Positions 6,952-16,855 of a DNA stretch of 34,469 nucleotides are shown here, piece by piece. Below the pieces are notes generated by a model. It saw nothing but the letters and a program-made list of their open reading frames with translations. It did not search any database and was not told the DNA's origin. The stretch is taken from the NCBI GenBank assembly GCA_001779915.1, contig MFEJ01000019.1:1-34469 (forward strand). The letters are read 5' to 3'. The DNA comes from Candidatus Doudnabacteria bacterium RIFCSPHIGHO2_01_FULL_45_18 (GTDB taxonomy: Bacteria; Patescibacteriota; Doudnabacteria; UBA920; O2-02-FULL-48-8). The translations under genes and the position numbers were made by a program. Numbering within the stretch: position 1 is the stretch's first letter; every line of letters begins with the position of its first letter.

Positions 6952-7631
6952 TGTCTAAAGGTAAACTCATCGTAATTGAAGGGACAGATGGCTCCGGGAA
7001 GCGCACCCAGTCAGAGCTTTTATATAAACACCTCACAAAACTTCATATCAAATCCGCCATGATGCACGTGCCGGTTTACGAAAGTTTTACCGGGGAACTA
7101 ATTGCCAGATATCTGCGGAACGAATTTGGCCGACTTAATCCATATTTGGCCGCCACCCTGTTTGCGGTCAATCGGTTTCAGTTTCGGGATAAGATTGTAA
7201 ACTGGCTTAAGGAAGGGCGAGTTGTAGTACTGAACCGTTATGTGACGGCTAATCAAATTCACCAATCCGCGCACTTGCATGGCAAAGAAAAAGCGGAATT
7301 TATTAAATGGATTGGGAAAATGGAATATGAGATTTTCGCCATGCCCAAGCCGGATCTGACGTTGTTTCTAAATGTTCCGGTGCTTATCGCCTCGGGCATG
7401 ATTAAACGCAAGCCTGCGAAGGAGCGTAAATACGCGTTTGGCGGCAAGGAAGACATTCTGGAATCAGATTTGATGCATCAGCAGGAGGCTTTAAAGCAAG
7501 CGCTTCGGATGGCTGGAACTGATAAAAACTCCAGACAAATCAACGCGGCCGGCAAAACCGCCCTGCTTCCCAAAGCGGAAATCGCCGCCATGATTTGGAG
7601 TGAAGTTTCTAAATTTTTAAAGATTAAATAA
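6951..7631 (+). CDS. tmk: Thymidylate kinase
   Basis: It has the P-loop IVIEGTDGSGKRTQ. The start is set at the internal ATG because the upstream extension overlaps the AbrB-like ORF. Confidence 0.92.
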   Translation: MSKGKLIVIEGTDGSGKRTQSELLYKHLTKLHIKSAMMHVPVYESFTGELIARYLRNEFGRLNPYLAATLFAVNRFQFRDKIVNWLKEGRVVVLNRYVTANQIHQSAHLHGKEKAEFIKWIGKMEYEIFAMPKPDLTLFLNVPVLIASGMIKRKPAKERKYAFGGKEDILESDLMHQQEALKQALRMAGTDKNSRQINAAGKTALLPKAEIAAMIWSEVSKFLKIK

Positions 7632-8279
7632 ATGGCTTCATTTGAAATTGAAATCAAAAGTCTGCTCGGAATCAAAGACAATGCCGATAAACTGATAAAG
7701 AGACTACAACTAGATCCGTCGTTTCAATCTTTAGGAAGCCACATGCAGTTGAATCACTACTTTATTAATGGCGACCTGCATAAATTGTCTGACAAACTTA
7801 GCTTAAGCTTGGATTCGAGTTTCGGAAAAGCGAAAGATGTTTCTTTAAGAACCAGGCTGGCGGATGACAAAGTTCTGCTCGTGATTAAAGCGACAGTTGA
7901 TGATACGACTTCGAGCAATGGCACGGCCAGAATGGAATTTGAAACGGAAATCGGCTTAACTTTAGAAAAACTTGATCAAGCACTTCTGGACTGTGGGTTT
8001 GAATATCAAGCCAAGTGGTCGCGAGAAAGACAGGACTTTAAATATCAAGGCCTGAATGTAACTGTCGATAAAAACGCGGGCTATGGCTATTTGGCGGAGT
8101 TTGAAAAGGTGATTGATAACCAGTCGCAAGCTGATGCGGTGAAGGGCCAAATTCGGGAAATCATGGCCAACCTGGGGCTTTTGGAACTAAACCAAGATCG
8201 CCTAGCGCGCATGTTTGATTTCTATAACAAAAACTGGCAGGATTATTATGGAACCGAGAAGGTATTTAATATTGAATAG
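7632..8279 (+). CDS. CYTH-domain protein (triphosphate tunnel metalloenzyme, CyaB/ThTPase-like)
   Basis: The N-terminal ExExK signature (FEIEIKS) and a ~215-aa length fit the family. Later acidic strands (MEFETEI, AEFEKV) are consistent. Confidence 0.75.
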   Translation: MASFEIEIKSLLGIKDNADKLIKRLQLDPSFQSLGSHMQLNHYFINGDLHKLSDKLSLSLDSSFGKAKDVSLRTRLADDKVLLVIKATVDDTTSSNGTARMEFETEIGLTLEKLDQALLDCGFEYQAKWSRERQDFKYQGLNVTVDKNAGYGYLAEFEKVIDNQSQADAVKGQIREIMANLGLLELNQDRLARMFDFYNKNWQDYYGTEKVFNIE

Positions 8280-8281
8280 AC

Positions 8282-9226
8282 ATGGCAACCAAACATCCGG
8301 AATATCAATATCTCGATTTACTGAAGGACATTCTTCACCATGGATACAAAAAAGTTGACCGCGGCACCGGAGATGCGTCTTTCAGCGTGTTCGGCAAACA
8401 AATCCGATTTGATCTATCCGAGGGCTTTCCACTTCTGACCACCAAAAAAGTTTTTTGGCGCGGCATTGTGGAAGAATTGTATTGGTTTATGTCAGGGCAA
8501 ACAAATGTCGCATATCTGGCGCGTAAAGGTGTGCATATCTGGAATGATTATCCATATAAGATTTACAATAAGAAAAATCCCGGGATGACGAAGGATGAAT
8601 TTGTTCAGAAATTAATTGACGATGAGAATTTTGCCAAAGAACACGGCGAACTTCCGAGGATCTATGGTGAAATGTGGCGTCGTTGGCCAACGAGGACGCC
8701 GGGACGGACAATCGACCAATTGGCCTGGGCTATCAAGGAGTTGAAAGAGGATCCCAACGCGCATAATTTGATTATAAATTCCTGGAATCCGGAATATTTA
8801 TACACCATGGCCACGTATGAAGATGCGTCACGTTTTCCGATCTGTCACAATATGTACCAACTGGACATGATTGACGGTAAACTGAACTTACAACTCTACC
8901 AGCGTACAGCCGATATATTTCTAGGAGTACCGTTCAATATCGCATCATACGCTTTGCTCACCATAATTTTGGCGCAGGTGACTGGATATAAACCCGGAGA
9001 GTTTGTTCATACCTTTGGCGATGTGCATATTTATGAAAATCATCTGGAACAGGCTAAAGAACAACTAATGCGCGAACCAAAACCATTTCCGAAAGTGGCA
9101 TTGGATAAGTCAGTAAAAACCATTGACGATTTTACCCCAGACAAGGTCAAACTGATTGATTATGATCCTTATCCGGCATTGAAAGCGGATTTAAGCGTCT
9201 CCGGCGGTTTTTTTGAAAAACAATGA
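8282..9226 (+). CDS. thyA: Thymidylate synthase ThyA, long form with an insert
   Basis: The catalytic site is FPICHNMYQL and the motifs LYQRTADIFLGVPFNIASYALL and GDVHIYENH are present. Confidence 0.97.
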   Translation: MATKHPEYQYLDLLKDILHHGYKKVDRGTGDASFSVFGKQIRFDLSEGFPLLTTKKVFWRGIVEELYWFMSGQTNVAYLARKGVHIWNDYPYKIYNKKNPGMTKDEFVQKLIDDENFAKEHGELPRIYGEMWRRWPTRTPGRTIDQLAWAIKELKEDPNAHNLIINSWNPEYLYTMATYEDASRFPICHNMYQLDMIDGKLNLQLYQRTADIFLGVPFNIASYALLTIILAQVTGYKPGEFVHTFGDVHIYENHLEQAKEQLMREPKPFPKVALDKSVKTIDDFTPDKVKLIDYDPYPALKADLSVSGGFFEKQ

Positions 9227-9708
9227 AATTGATTTTAATCGCGGCGGTTTCGAAAAATGGTGTGATTGGCAAAGCCGATGCTTTGCCTTGGTATATCCCA
9301 GAGGACCTGAAACACTTTAAACAAATGACAACTGGTAAGGCGTGTCTGATGGGTAAGAGAACCTTTGATTCGATCATGAATCGGCTAAAAAAGCCCCTGC
9401 CGGAACGAGAGAGTATCGTGGTGTCTCGCCAGACTGATTGGCAACCGCCAGAAGGGGTAAAGGTTTTTCACAGTTTGGAAGAAGCGCTTAAGTATTTGGA
9501 GCACCACAAAGAAGTCATGGTTATTGGCGGCGGGCAAGTCTACTCGCAAACAATTGATAAAGCTGATAAACTTATCTTGACCGAAGTTCACAAAGAAATA
9601 GACGGTGATGTGCTCTTCCCTAAGTTTGACAAAAGTCTTTGGAATGAAGTTTTTCGCGAAGACCACCCGGAGTTTTCGTTTGTGGAATATGAAAAAAATG
9701 AGCAATGA
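9223..9708 (+). CDS. folA: Dihydrofolate reductase
   Basis: LIAAVSKNGVIGKADALPW and MGKRTFDSI fit DHFR. Its start overlaps thyA as ATGA. Confidence 0.93.
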   Translation: MKLILIAAVSKNGVIGKADALPWYIPEDLKHFKQMTTGKACLMGKRTFDSIMNRLKKPLPERESIVVSRQTDWQPPEGVKVFHSLEEALKYLEHHKEVMVIGGGQVYSQTIDKADKLILTEVHKEIDGDVLFPKFDKSLWNEVFREDHPEFSFVEYEKNEQ

Positions 9709-10291
9709 ACGCGATATAGATTTTCTATACGAAATTGGATCCTTGCGGAATGTCCCACGAGGTTGGCGACAGCATTTGGGTTTTGATGTGGCGTCTGATT
9801 TAGAGCACACTTATCGTTTGATTTGGTTGGCCATAATAATTTCGCGAATGGAAAAAATGGGTGACGAAAGCAAGATTATAAAGATGGCCTTGGTTCATGA
9901 TGTCGCCGAAACCAGAACCTCGGATTTAAGTTATGTTCAGAAAGTTTACGTCAAAGCTGACGAACATAAAGCTGCAGATGACATGTTTGCCGGGACTATT
10001 GTCGCGGATTATCGAAAAACTATTGAAGAATATGAGAGTCGAGATTCAATTGAAGCGAAGATTGTGAAAGACGCGGATAATCTGGATATTGATCTGGAAC
10101 TGAAAGAGATTGAGGAATTAGGTTCGAAATTACCCGGTAAATGGACCCAGAATAATCGAAAATTAGTCAGAGAACAAAAGTTATATACCGAGTCGGCGAA
10201 AAAACTCTGGGATGAAATCCAGACCTCGGATCCTTCGAACTGGCATCGCAATATGAATAAATGGCTCACTGACCCAAACGCGGGAAAATAA
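9689..10291 (+). CDS. HD-domain 5'-deoxynucleotidase (YfbR-like); alternative start at 9698
   Basis: It has the LVHDVAETRTSDL HD motif and DADNLD. The long 9605 start was rejected because it overlaps folA by more than 100 nt. Confidence 0.78.
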   Translation: MKKMSNERDIDFLYEIGSLRNVPRGWRQHLGFDVASDLEHTYRLIWLAIIISRMEKMGDESKIIKMALVHDVAETRTSDLSYVQKVYVKADEHKAADDMFAGTIVADYRKTIEEYESRDSIEAKIVKDADNLDIDLELKEIEELGSKLPGKWTQNNRKLVREQKLYTESAKKLWDEIQTSDPSNWHRNMNKWLTDPNAGK

Positions 10292-10292
10292 T

Positions 10293-11391
10293 ATGGAAGA
10301 ATTATTACGAGAAATTAAAACTTTAAAAGGCCAGTTGCTCGACCTGAAGGAGCATCTTTGACCTCGCCCAGAAGAAACAAAAAATTCTAGAGTTAGAAGA
10401 TGCCATGGCAGACCCGAATTTCTGGTCAGATCAGGGCATGGCAAAATTCAAAGCCAAGCGACTTTCGGAACTCAAAAACCAGGTTGCGGCTTGGTTTGAA
10501 TTTGAGTCAGATTTAGCCGATTTAGAAGAGCTGGCCAGTATGGCGGTCAAAGAGTCGGATAAGGCAATGGATGCTGATTTAAGGGCTAAATTTAGCGTCC
10601 TAAGGGCTGCTTATGAGCAGTTTCGGCTAACGACCTTTTTATCAGCCAAGTATGACAATCATGACGCGATTTTATCCATCCATGCGGGTGCTGGCGGCGT
10701 GGATGCGCAGGACTGGGCCGAGATGCTGCTGCGCATGTATTTAAGATACGCCGAGAAGAAAAATTTTAAAACCATGGTTGTAGACCAGAGCCGCGGCGGT
10801 GAAGCTGGGATCAAAAGCGTGGTCGTGGAAATTATCGGACCATTTGCGTATGGGTATTTTAAAAGTGAGGCCGGTGTGCATCGGTTGGTCCGGCAATCGC
10901 CGTATAATTCTACCCACACCCGCGAAACATCATTTGCCCTGGTTGAGATTCTGCCTGTGATTGAACAAGGTGAATACAAACTTAATCTTGATGAAGTTGA
11001 GATTGAAGCGAAAACTTCACGCGGGCATGGCGGACAATCTGTAAATACCACTTATTCCGCGATTCGGGCCACCCATAAACCCACAGGGCTGACCGTGACG
11101 ATTCAAAATGAAAGATCCCAAACACAAAATAAGGAACAGGCGTTGAAGATTTTAGCCGGCAAACTGGTACAACTGGAAGAGCAGCGCCAGCAAGAAGAAA
11201 AATTGAAGATTCGAGGGGAATTTCACAGCGCGGAGTGGGGGAATCAAATTCGCTCTTATGTGCTGCATCCATATAAATTAGTCAAAGATCATCGCACGGG
11301 ATACGAAACTTCGGACGCGGAAAGCGTCCTGGAAGGCAATTTAGACGAATTTGTAAAAAAATATTTAGAAAAGCATATAAATTTGATATAA
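10293..11391 (+). CDS. prfB: Peptide chain release factor 2 with programmed +1 frameshift: join(10293..10358,10360..11391)
   Basis: Frame 0 reads MEELLREIKTLKGQLLDLKEHL and then reaches CTT TGA C. The +1 frame continues DLAQKKQKILELEDAMADPNFW and carries the SPYNS-type and GGQ (RGHGGQSVN) motifs. Confidence 0.96.
10347..10362 (+). promoter_or_regulatory. RF2 autoregulatory frameshift site: internal SD AAGGAG, 3 nt, then CTT TGA C
   Basis: The sequence AAGGAGCATCTTTGAC was read directly. It matches the canonical prfB recoding signal. Confidence 0.9.
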
Positions 11392-11401
11392 TAGATAATG
11401 A

Positions 11402-11548
11402 CCCAGTAATACAACTTCGATGCTTTTGCTTTTTATGGTTTTTGAAACAAGTAACTTTAATCGCTATGATTTTTGATAATATTAATCTAATGCTTTTACG
11501 GTTCGCAAAAGCGGACTCAAAAACCATTATCGAAGTTGATATACTGGG
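11402..11548 (+). mobile_element. MITE-like non-autonomous element, copy 2 (147 nt), flanked by ATGA/ATGA direct repeats
   Basis: It has the same 20-nt termini as copy 1. The flanking 4-mers 11398..11401 and 11549..11552 are both ATGA, and the right one supplies the ftsE ATG. Confidence 0.75.
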
Positions 11549-12226
11549 ATGATTAAATTCGACCAAGTTACAAAAATCTACGACAACCTCACAGCGCTTA
11601 AAAATGTCTCTTTGGAAGTCCACAAAGGTGAGTTTGTTTCGCTTGTCGGCCAATCCGGCGCCGGCAAATCCACGCTCTTATCATTGATTATTGGCGAAGA
11701 CAAACCAAACAGCGGACGGATTTTTATTGATGACATTGACGTGGCGCAGATCCGCCGTTCAGATATTCCGTATTTGCGCCGCAAAATCGGTGTGGTTTTT
11801 CAAGACATCAGGTTGCTGCCCAAACGCACGGCCTATGAAAATGTCGCCTTTGCTCTAGAAGTGTCAGGTGAGAAAACTCACGTCATAGAAAAAGAAGTGC
11901 CAAAAATTTTAGAAATGGTCGGCTTGGTGGAACGCGCGCATGCTTTCCCGCATGAAATGTCCGGTGGCGAAAAACAACGGGTGGCTATTGCTCGGGCTTT
12001 ATCTCACCGCCCAGTTTTGCTTTTGGCGGACGAACCGACTGGTAATCTGGATGCGATTAACGCGGCGGACATCATTGATCTCTTGATAAAAATCAACAAA
12101 GCCGGGACTACGGTAATTTTAGCCACACATGCCAAGGAACTCGTTAACAGTGTCAAGAAAAGAGTCGTGACGATTGAGAAGGGTCAGGTTATTTACGATC
12201 AACAAAAAGGAAAGTACATGCTATGA
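11549..12226 (+). CDS. ftsE: Cell division ATP-binding protein FtsE
   Basis: It has Walker A GQSGAGKST, the ABC signature MSGGEKQR and Walker B LLLADEPT. ftsX follows it. Confidence 0.92.
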   Translation: MIKFDQVTKIYDNLTALKNVSLEVHKGEFVSLVGQSGAGKSTLLSLIIGEDKPNSGRIFIDDIDVAQIRRSDIPYLRRKIGVVFQDIRLLPKRTAYENVAFALEVSGEKTHVIEKEVPKILEMVGLVERAHAFPHEMSGGEKQRVAIARALSHRPVLLLADEPTGNLDAINAADIIDLLIKINKAGTTVILATHAKELVNSVKKRVVTIEKGQVIYDQQKGKYML

Positions 12227-13140
12227 ACTCCTCGGCTGTAAAACGTCTCATCCGATCAGGGTTTACGAATTTTTTTCGGAACATCTGGGTTTCACTTGCC
12301 GCCACATCCATGGTCGCGATTACTTTATTTATTATTTCTACAATTTTAATTTTATACACGCTCACCGTGTTGTCCATCCAAAATTCTACAGATAAAGTTG
12401 GCGTGGTGACGGCGTATTTTAAAGACACCACTACTGACCAAGAAATGACCAATGCGACAGCTGAATTGGAAAGGATAGCCCGCGTCAAATCCGTAAGTTT
12501 TACCTCACGGGAGCAGGCCGAAGCCTTGTTTAAACAGCGTCACGCGGATGAACCGATTTGGCTGCAGACACTTGGCGAATTCGCGGATTCGGAAAACCCC
12601 ATTCCGGCTTCCGTCGCAGTCAGAGCCGACAATCTGGATGACTACCCGGCGATTTATGACACTTTGAAAAACGACCGATTTACGCCCTATTTCCAAATGG
12701 TGCGTGACAATCAAGGCGTGATTGATAAACTCCATGCAATAATTAATTTTATCACGCGTTTCGGATTAATTCTCGCCGGAATTTTCATGATCGTGACGGT
12801 CATGGTGACTTTTAACACCTTGCGACTGACAATTTACAATCGCCGAGAGGAAGTGGAAATTATGCGACTGGTTGGGGCCACGAATTGGTATATTCGTTGG
12901 CCATTTATGATTGAAGGGATGATGTACGCGCTCTTTGCGACCTTGTTTGTGACTTTAATTGTCTATGGTCTCTTAACCTTGCTTTCCGGCAGAATTGAGG
13001 AATTTCTTTCACTCGGAAGCGTGGGAGGCGACCTTACGCAAACTTTGTTTTTGAAAATTACACTGATTAATTTTTTAGCCAGTATTGTGCTTACCTGGAT
13101 CGCGTCTACTATTGCCATGCGGAAGTATTTGCGCGTATAA
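12223..13140 (+). CDS. ftsX: Cell division permease FtsX
   Basis: It overlaps ftsE as ATGA. It has an N-terminal TM helix, an extracytoplasmic domain, and 3 C-terminal TM helices with the MRLVGAT motif. Confidence 0.88.
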   Translation: MNSSAVKRLIRSGFTNFFRNIWVSLAATSMVAITLFIISTILILYTLTVLSIQNSTDKVGVVTAYFKDTTTDQEMTNATAELERIARVKSVSFTSREQAEALFKQRHADEPIWLQTLGEFADSENPIPASVAVRADNLDDYPAIYDTLKNDRFTPYFQMVRDNQGVIDKLHAIINFITRFGLILAGIFMIVTVMVTFNTLRLTIYNRREEVEIMRLVGATNWYIRWPFMIEGMMYALFATLFVTLIVYGLLTLLSGRIEEFLSLGSVGGDLTQTLFLKITLINFLASIVLTWIASTIAMRKYLRV

Positions 13141-13147
13141 TGAGGGC

Positions 13148-13591
13148 ATGAAAGTGATTTTAACCAAGGATGTGGAAGGGTTAGGACGGACGGGCGATGT
13201 GAAAGAAGTTTCTGACGGACATGCCAGAAATTTTTTAATTCCTAAGCATTTCGCGCTGCCTGCCACAAGTAGCGTGCTGGCTCGTGTTCAGAAAGAAGCA
13301 CAGGAGCGAGTTGCTAAGATTGCCAAAGACCAGGGACGGTTATTGGATTTCAAAAAGAAATTAGAAAACAGAACCATCACGATTAAAGCCAAGGCCGATA
13401 AAACCCATTTGTTTGCCGCGATTCACGAAAAAGATATCGCGGACGCAGTAAATGCCAAATTGGGAGTCGAGATTAATCCCGACATCATCAAACTGAAAGA
13501 ACCGATTAAAACTTTGGGATTGCACAGCATCGAAATCCGATTTGCCAAAGACCAGGTAGCTTTAGTACAATTACAAGTAGAAGCAGTATGA
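13148..13591 (+). CDS. rplI: 50S ribosomal protein L9
   Basis: MKVILTKDVEGLGRTGDVKEVSDGHARNFLIP is typical L9. The internal ATG was chosen because the upstream extension overlaps ftsX. Confidence 0.93.
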   Translation: MKVILTKDVEGLGRTGDVKEVSDGHARNFLIPKHFALPATSSVLARVQKEAQERVAKIAKDQGRLLDFKKKLENRTITIKAKADKTHLFAAIHEKDIADAVNAKLGVEINPDIIKLKEPIKTLGLHSIEIRFAKDQVALVQLQVEAV

Positions 13592-15219
13592 CAGCCAAAC
13601 GAAAGAAGCCAAGCACAAAATTTATCTTTGTTTCCGGGGGCGTGATTTCCGGCCTCGGAAAAGGCATCACAGCGGCATCCATTGCCGCTATTTTAAAGAG
13701 TAAAGGTTATAAAATTTCACCGGTTAAAGTGGATATGTACCTAAATTTTGACGCTGGCACGATCCGGCCACAGGAACACGGGGAGGTCTTTGTCACTGAC
13801 GATGGGGTGGAAACCGATCAGGACCTGGGTCATTACGAGCGATTTTTGGGGACCAGCCTTTCCAAGGTTAACTACATCACCACCGGCCAGGTCTACTCGG
13901 AAGTTTTACGAAAAGAACGGGCTTTTGAATATGACGGTGAAGACGTGGAAGCCATTCCGCACATTACGGATGAAATCATTCGACGATTTAAAGCCGCCGG
14001 AAAGGATGCGGACATTGTGATCGTGGAACTGGGCGGGACAGTCGGTGAATATCAGAATGGCATTTTTTTTGAAGCCACTCGGATTATGAAACTTCGGAAT
14101 CCGGAAGATGTTCTGCAGGTTCACGTGGCCTACCTCCCAATCCCGGGTAACATCGGTGAAATGAAATCCAAACCAGTCCAGCAATCCGTGCGAATTTTAA
14201 ATTCCATGGGTATTGAGCCGGATTTTGTCGTGGCCCGTGCTGAGCACTATGTGGACGAACGACGCAAGGAACGGATCGCGCTTTTTTGTAATGTCCACAA
14301 AGAAGACGTGATCGCCAATCCCGATGTGGCCTCAATTTATGAAGTCCCGCTGGTCATGCAGGATCAGAAATTTGGTGAGAAAATACTCGCGAAATTAGGT
14401 TTTCCAGCCGGTCGAAAAGATTTGGAACCGTGGCGGAAACTTCTTCGGACTATGAAGACTGTGAAAAAAGAAGTGAATATTGCCGTGGTGGGTAAATATT
14501 TTAGCACTGGCAATTATCATCTTTCCGATGTTTATGTTTCCATCATTGAAGCGCTAAAGGCCGCGAGTTGGCAGAATAAAGTCAAACCGGTTTTGCATTG
14601 GATTGATTCGGAAAAAATTGAAAAACAGGGGACTGAACTTTTAGCGAACATGGATGGGATTGTGATTACACCAGGATTTGGCAAAAGGGGGATTGAGGGC
14701 ATGATCTCGGCAATCACCTATGCTCGTGAAAATCTTGTCCCATATTTAGGCCTTTGTTATGGGATGCAAATGGCAACTATAGAATTTGCAAGAAACGTTC
14801 TGAAACTTAAGAACGCGCACACGATGGAGGTTGATGATGACACTCCACATCCGGTGATTAATTTGATGCCAGACCAAGAAAAGAAACTTCTAAAAAAGGA
14901 TTACGGCGCGTCAATGCGGCTAGGTGCCTGGGCTTGCGTACTCAAACCAGGCTCACGAGCCGAGAAGGCCTATGGTTCACGAAAGATTGAGGAGCGGCAT
15001 CGCCATCGCTATGAATTTAATAATAAGTATCGCAAGCAGTTTGAAGCCGCAGGATTTATTTTCTCAGGCACCTCACCAGACGGTCATTTGGTGGAAATAA
15101 TAGAACTTGCCGATCATCCATTTTTCGTAGGCGTGCAATTTCATCCCGAGTTTAAATCAAGACCTCTAAACCCCGGACCACTATTTCGAGAATTTATAAA
15201 AGCCAGCATTAAGAAATAA
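13588..15219 (+). CDS. pyrG: CTP synthase
   Basis: KFIFVSGGVISGLGKG and the GATase motif GLCYGMQ are present, along with HRHRYEFN and VGVQFHPEF. Confidence 0.97.
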   Translation: MTAKRKKPSTKFIFVSGGVISGLGKGITAASIAAILKSKGYKISPVKVDMYLNFDAGTIRPQEHGEVFVTDDGVETDQDLGHYERFLGTSLSKVNYITTGQVYSEVLRKERAFEYDGEDVEAIPHITDEIIRRFKAAGKDADIVIVELGGTVGEYQNGIFFEATRIMKLRNPEDVLQVHVAYLPIPGNIGEMKSKPVQQSVRILNSMGIEPDFVVARAEHYVDERRKERIALFCNVHKEDVIANPDVASIYEVPLVMQDQKFGEKILAKLGFPAGRKDLEPWRKLLRTMKTVKKEVNIAVVGKYFSTGNYHLSDVYVSIIEALKAASWQNKVKPVLHWIDSEKIEKQGTELLANMDGIVITPGFGKRGIEGMISAITYARENLVPYLGLCYGMQMATIEFARNVLKLKNAHTMEVDDDTPHPVINLMPDQEKKLLKKDYGASMRLGAWACVLKPGSRAEKAYGSRKIEERHRHRYEFNNKYRKQFEAAGFIFSGTSPDGHLVEIIELADHPFFVGVQFHPEFKSRPLNPGPLFREFIKASIKK

Positions 15220-15220
15220 A

Positions 15221-15246
15221 AAAACCGCCCCGAGTGAGGCATTTTT
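15221..15246. terminator. Weak bidirectional terminator between convergent pyrG and rpmA
   Basis: An A-run is followed by GCCCC-gagt-GAGGC (one mismatch) and a T-run. The stem is short. Confidence 0.3.
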
Positions 15247-15260
15247 GGAATAATATTTAA

Positions 15261-15545
15261 TTATTTTACATGTGGCAAAACGTGTACGAAGCGGCGTTGG
15301 TGCAGGTTACCGTCAAAACCACGGACTTTCTTCGCTGTGAATTTTACTGATCCAACTACAACTGCGTACAAAGTGTCATCAGACCCGATGCGGACATTTT
15401 TACCCGGATGCCATTTTGTACCCCTCTGCCGAACCAAAATTGAGCCGACTTTAGCGATTTGACCGCCAAAGAGCTTGATTCCAAGTCGTTGTGATTGTGA
15501 GTCCCGGCCAAGGGCTGTAGAGCCGCCGGCTTTTTTATGTGCCAT
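15261..15545 (-). CDS. rpmA: 50S ribosomal protein L27
   Basis: The sequence [34 protein letters not shown] is typical L27. Confidence 0.96.
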   Translation of the reverse strand: MAHKKAGGSTALGRDSQSQRLGIKLFGGQIAKVGSILVRQRGTKWHPGKNVRIGSDDTLYAVVVGSVKFTAKKVRGFDGNLHQRRFVHVLPHVK

Positions 15546-15550
15546 AAAAG

Positions 15551-16852
15551 CTAGTTAGTAGTTGGTAATGAGGAGTTTGTAGAAGTATTGCCGAGCTGAA
15601 AGATAAAAATTTCGCGGGCGACGATTTGATCCCTGCGGTCATAAATCATAGATTTTCTTGGTGTGACGCGCAGGAAACGATATTTGGTTGTTAAACTTTC
15701 GGATAGCGGATCTAAGATAGTGTACCCGTTTTTCAGGACAAAGTCAAGACTCGGCATAAACTCGTAGTCAGATAGTCGGGTCTTGTAAGCCGGCAGGGAA
15801 ATGACGACCTTGCTGCCGGGAGCCAGGATTTTTTTAAATTCCTTAAAGACCTGATCGTATAGTTTTTCTAAGTTTTTAAAATTCGCTTGCATTTCAGTTT
15901 TCTTCGGCACCTTGCCGTAGATTGGACCAAGAGTTCCTTCGGTGACTACCGCAGCAACTTTATACTTGGGCAGTTGGATAGAAATTTCCGCAGCATGGGA
16001 TTTGAAAAGTTTATATCGGTTGGGTGGGACGTGATAGCGGTTACGGAACCATTCCAGGTTTTTTTCGCTGTTTTCAATCATCTTCTGTTCCAGGTCCGAG
16101 CCAATGGCTTGGTATCCCATCAGAATCGCTTCTTGCAAAATTGTCCCGCAGCCGCAGAAAGGATCTAGGATATATTCCAGAGGTTTTAAGGGCAAGGCCA
16201 GATTGAGCATGGTTTGCGCAACCTTCGGCGGAATCATGCCGACCTTTTCATCACGCGCGGGGCGTTGAAAATCGCGACGACCGTAATCCTCATAGTTTTG
16301 GACGATCAAAGTTTTGCCGACAAAGATTCTTTGATTACCACAGATGACGATAATCTCTGCTCCTTTTTGTAGCAGTTGATTTTCGTTGACTTGGACAGAG
16401 GATAAAGCTTGAGCGGGGAACTGCGGCAGTACAGCCCGCACACTTTGGGCCTGGTCTTGCAAGATTTTTTTTATCAAAAACGCAATCCTAGTTACTTCCT
16501 CACGAAATTGCAGAGTTGGATCAAGGGCATAGATGGAAACGCCGAATTGTTTCTTGCCGGAGTACTCCTGAAAGTAATCCTTGATTCGTTTGAAGGTAAA
16601 ATAGTTAATTAGGACTTGCGAAGGATATTCTTTACCCTTCTTTTGAAAAGTATCAAAAAGGCGTATAATCTTAATGATTCCGCCCAACCGCTGTTGCAAC
16701 GCTTGCGCGTTGAGCGGCTGATCGGTTTCAATCACCACGACTTCTGGGGAGCAGGCCATGATTTTAAAGATCACACCGAGTGAAGTGAGCACTTGCAAAA
16801 TTTCGGCCAGCGACATGGTATAGACCCTCCCTAAAATAAACGCGTACTGCAT
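15551..16852 (-). CDS. SAM-dependent methyltransferase, UPF0020/Trm11-like putative RNA methylase
   Basis: It has the SAM motif [13 protein letters not shown] and the acidic motif II GSDLE. The N-terminal YAFILGR..SLAEI module is typical of this family. Confidence 0.75.
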   Translation of the reverse strand: MQYAFILGRVYTMSLAEILQVLTSLGVIFKIMACSPEVVVIETDQPLNAQALQQRLGGIIKIIRLFDTFQKKGKEYPSQVLINYFTFKRIKDYFQEYSGKKQFGVSIYALDPTLQFREEVTRIAFLIKKILQDQAQSVRAVLPQFPAQALSSVQVNENQLLQKGAEIIVICGNQRIFVGKTLIVQNYEDYGRRDFQRPARDEKVGMIPPKVAQTMLNLALPLKPLEYILDPFCGCGTILQEAILMGYQAIGSDLEQKMIENSEKNLEWFRNRYHVPPNRYKLFKSHAAEISIQLPKYKVAAVVTEGTLGPIYGKVPKKTEMQANFKNLEKLYDQVFKEFKKILAPGSKVVISLPAYKTRLSDYEFMPSLDFVLKNGYTILDPLSESLTTKYRFLRVTPRKSMIYDRRDQIVAREIFIFQLGNTSTNSSLPTTN

Positions 16853-16855
16853 AGT

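Noticed and set aside
8282-9226. thyA is ~50 aa longer than the E. coli enzyme, which raised the question of a dUMP/dCMP hydroxymethylase involved in modified bases.
   Set aside because: The extra residues form a single insert after the IW(N/D) motif, at the same position as the well-known insert of Lactobacillus casei-type ThyA. The catalytic Cys and the folate- and dUMP-binding motifs are canonical.
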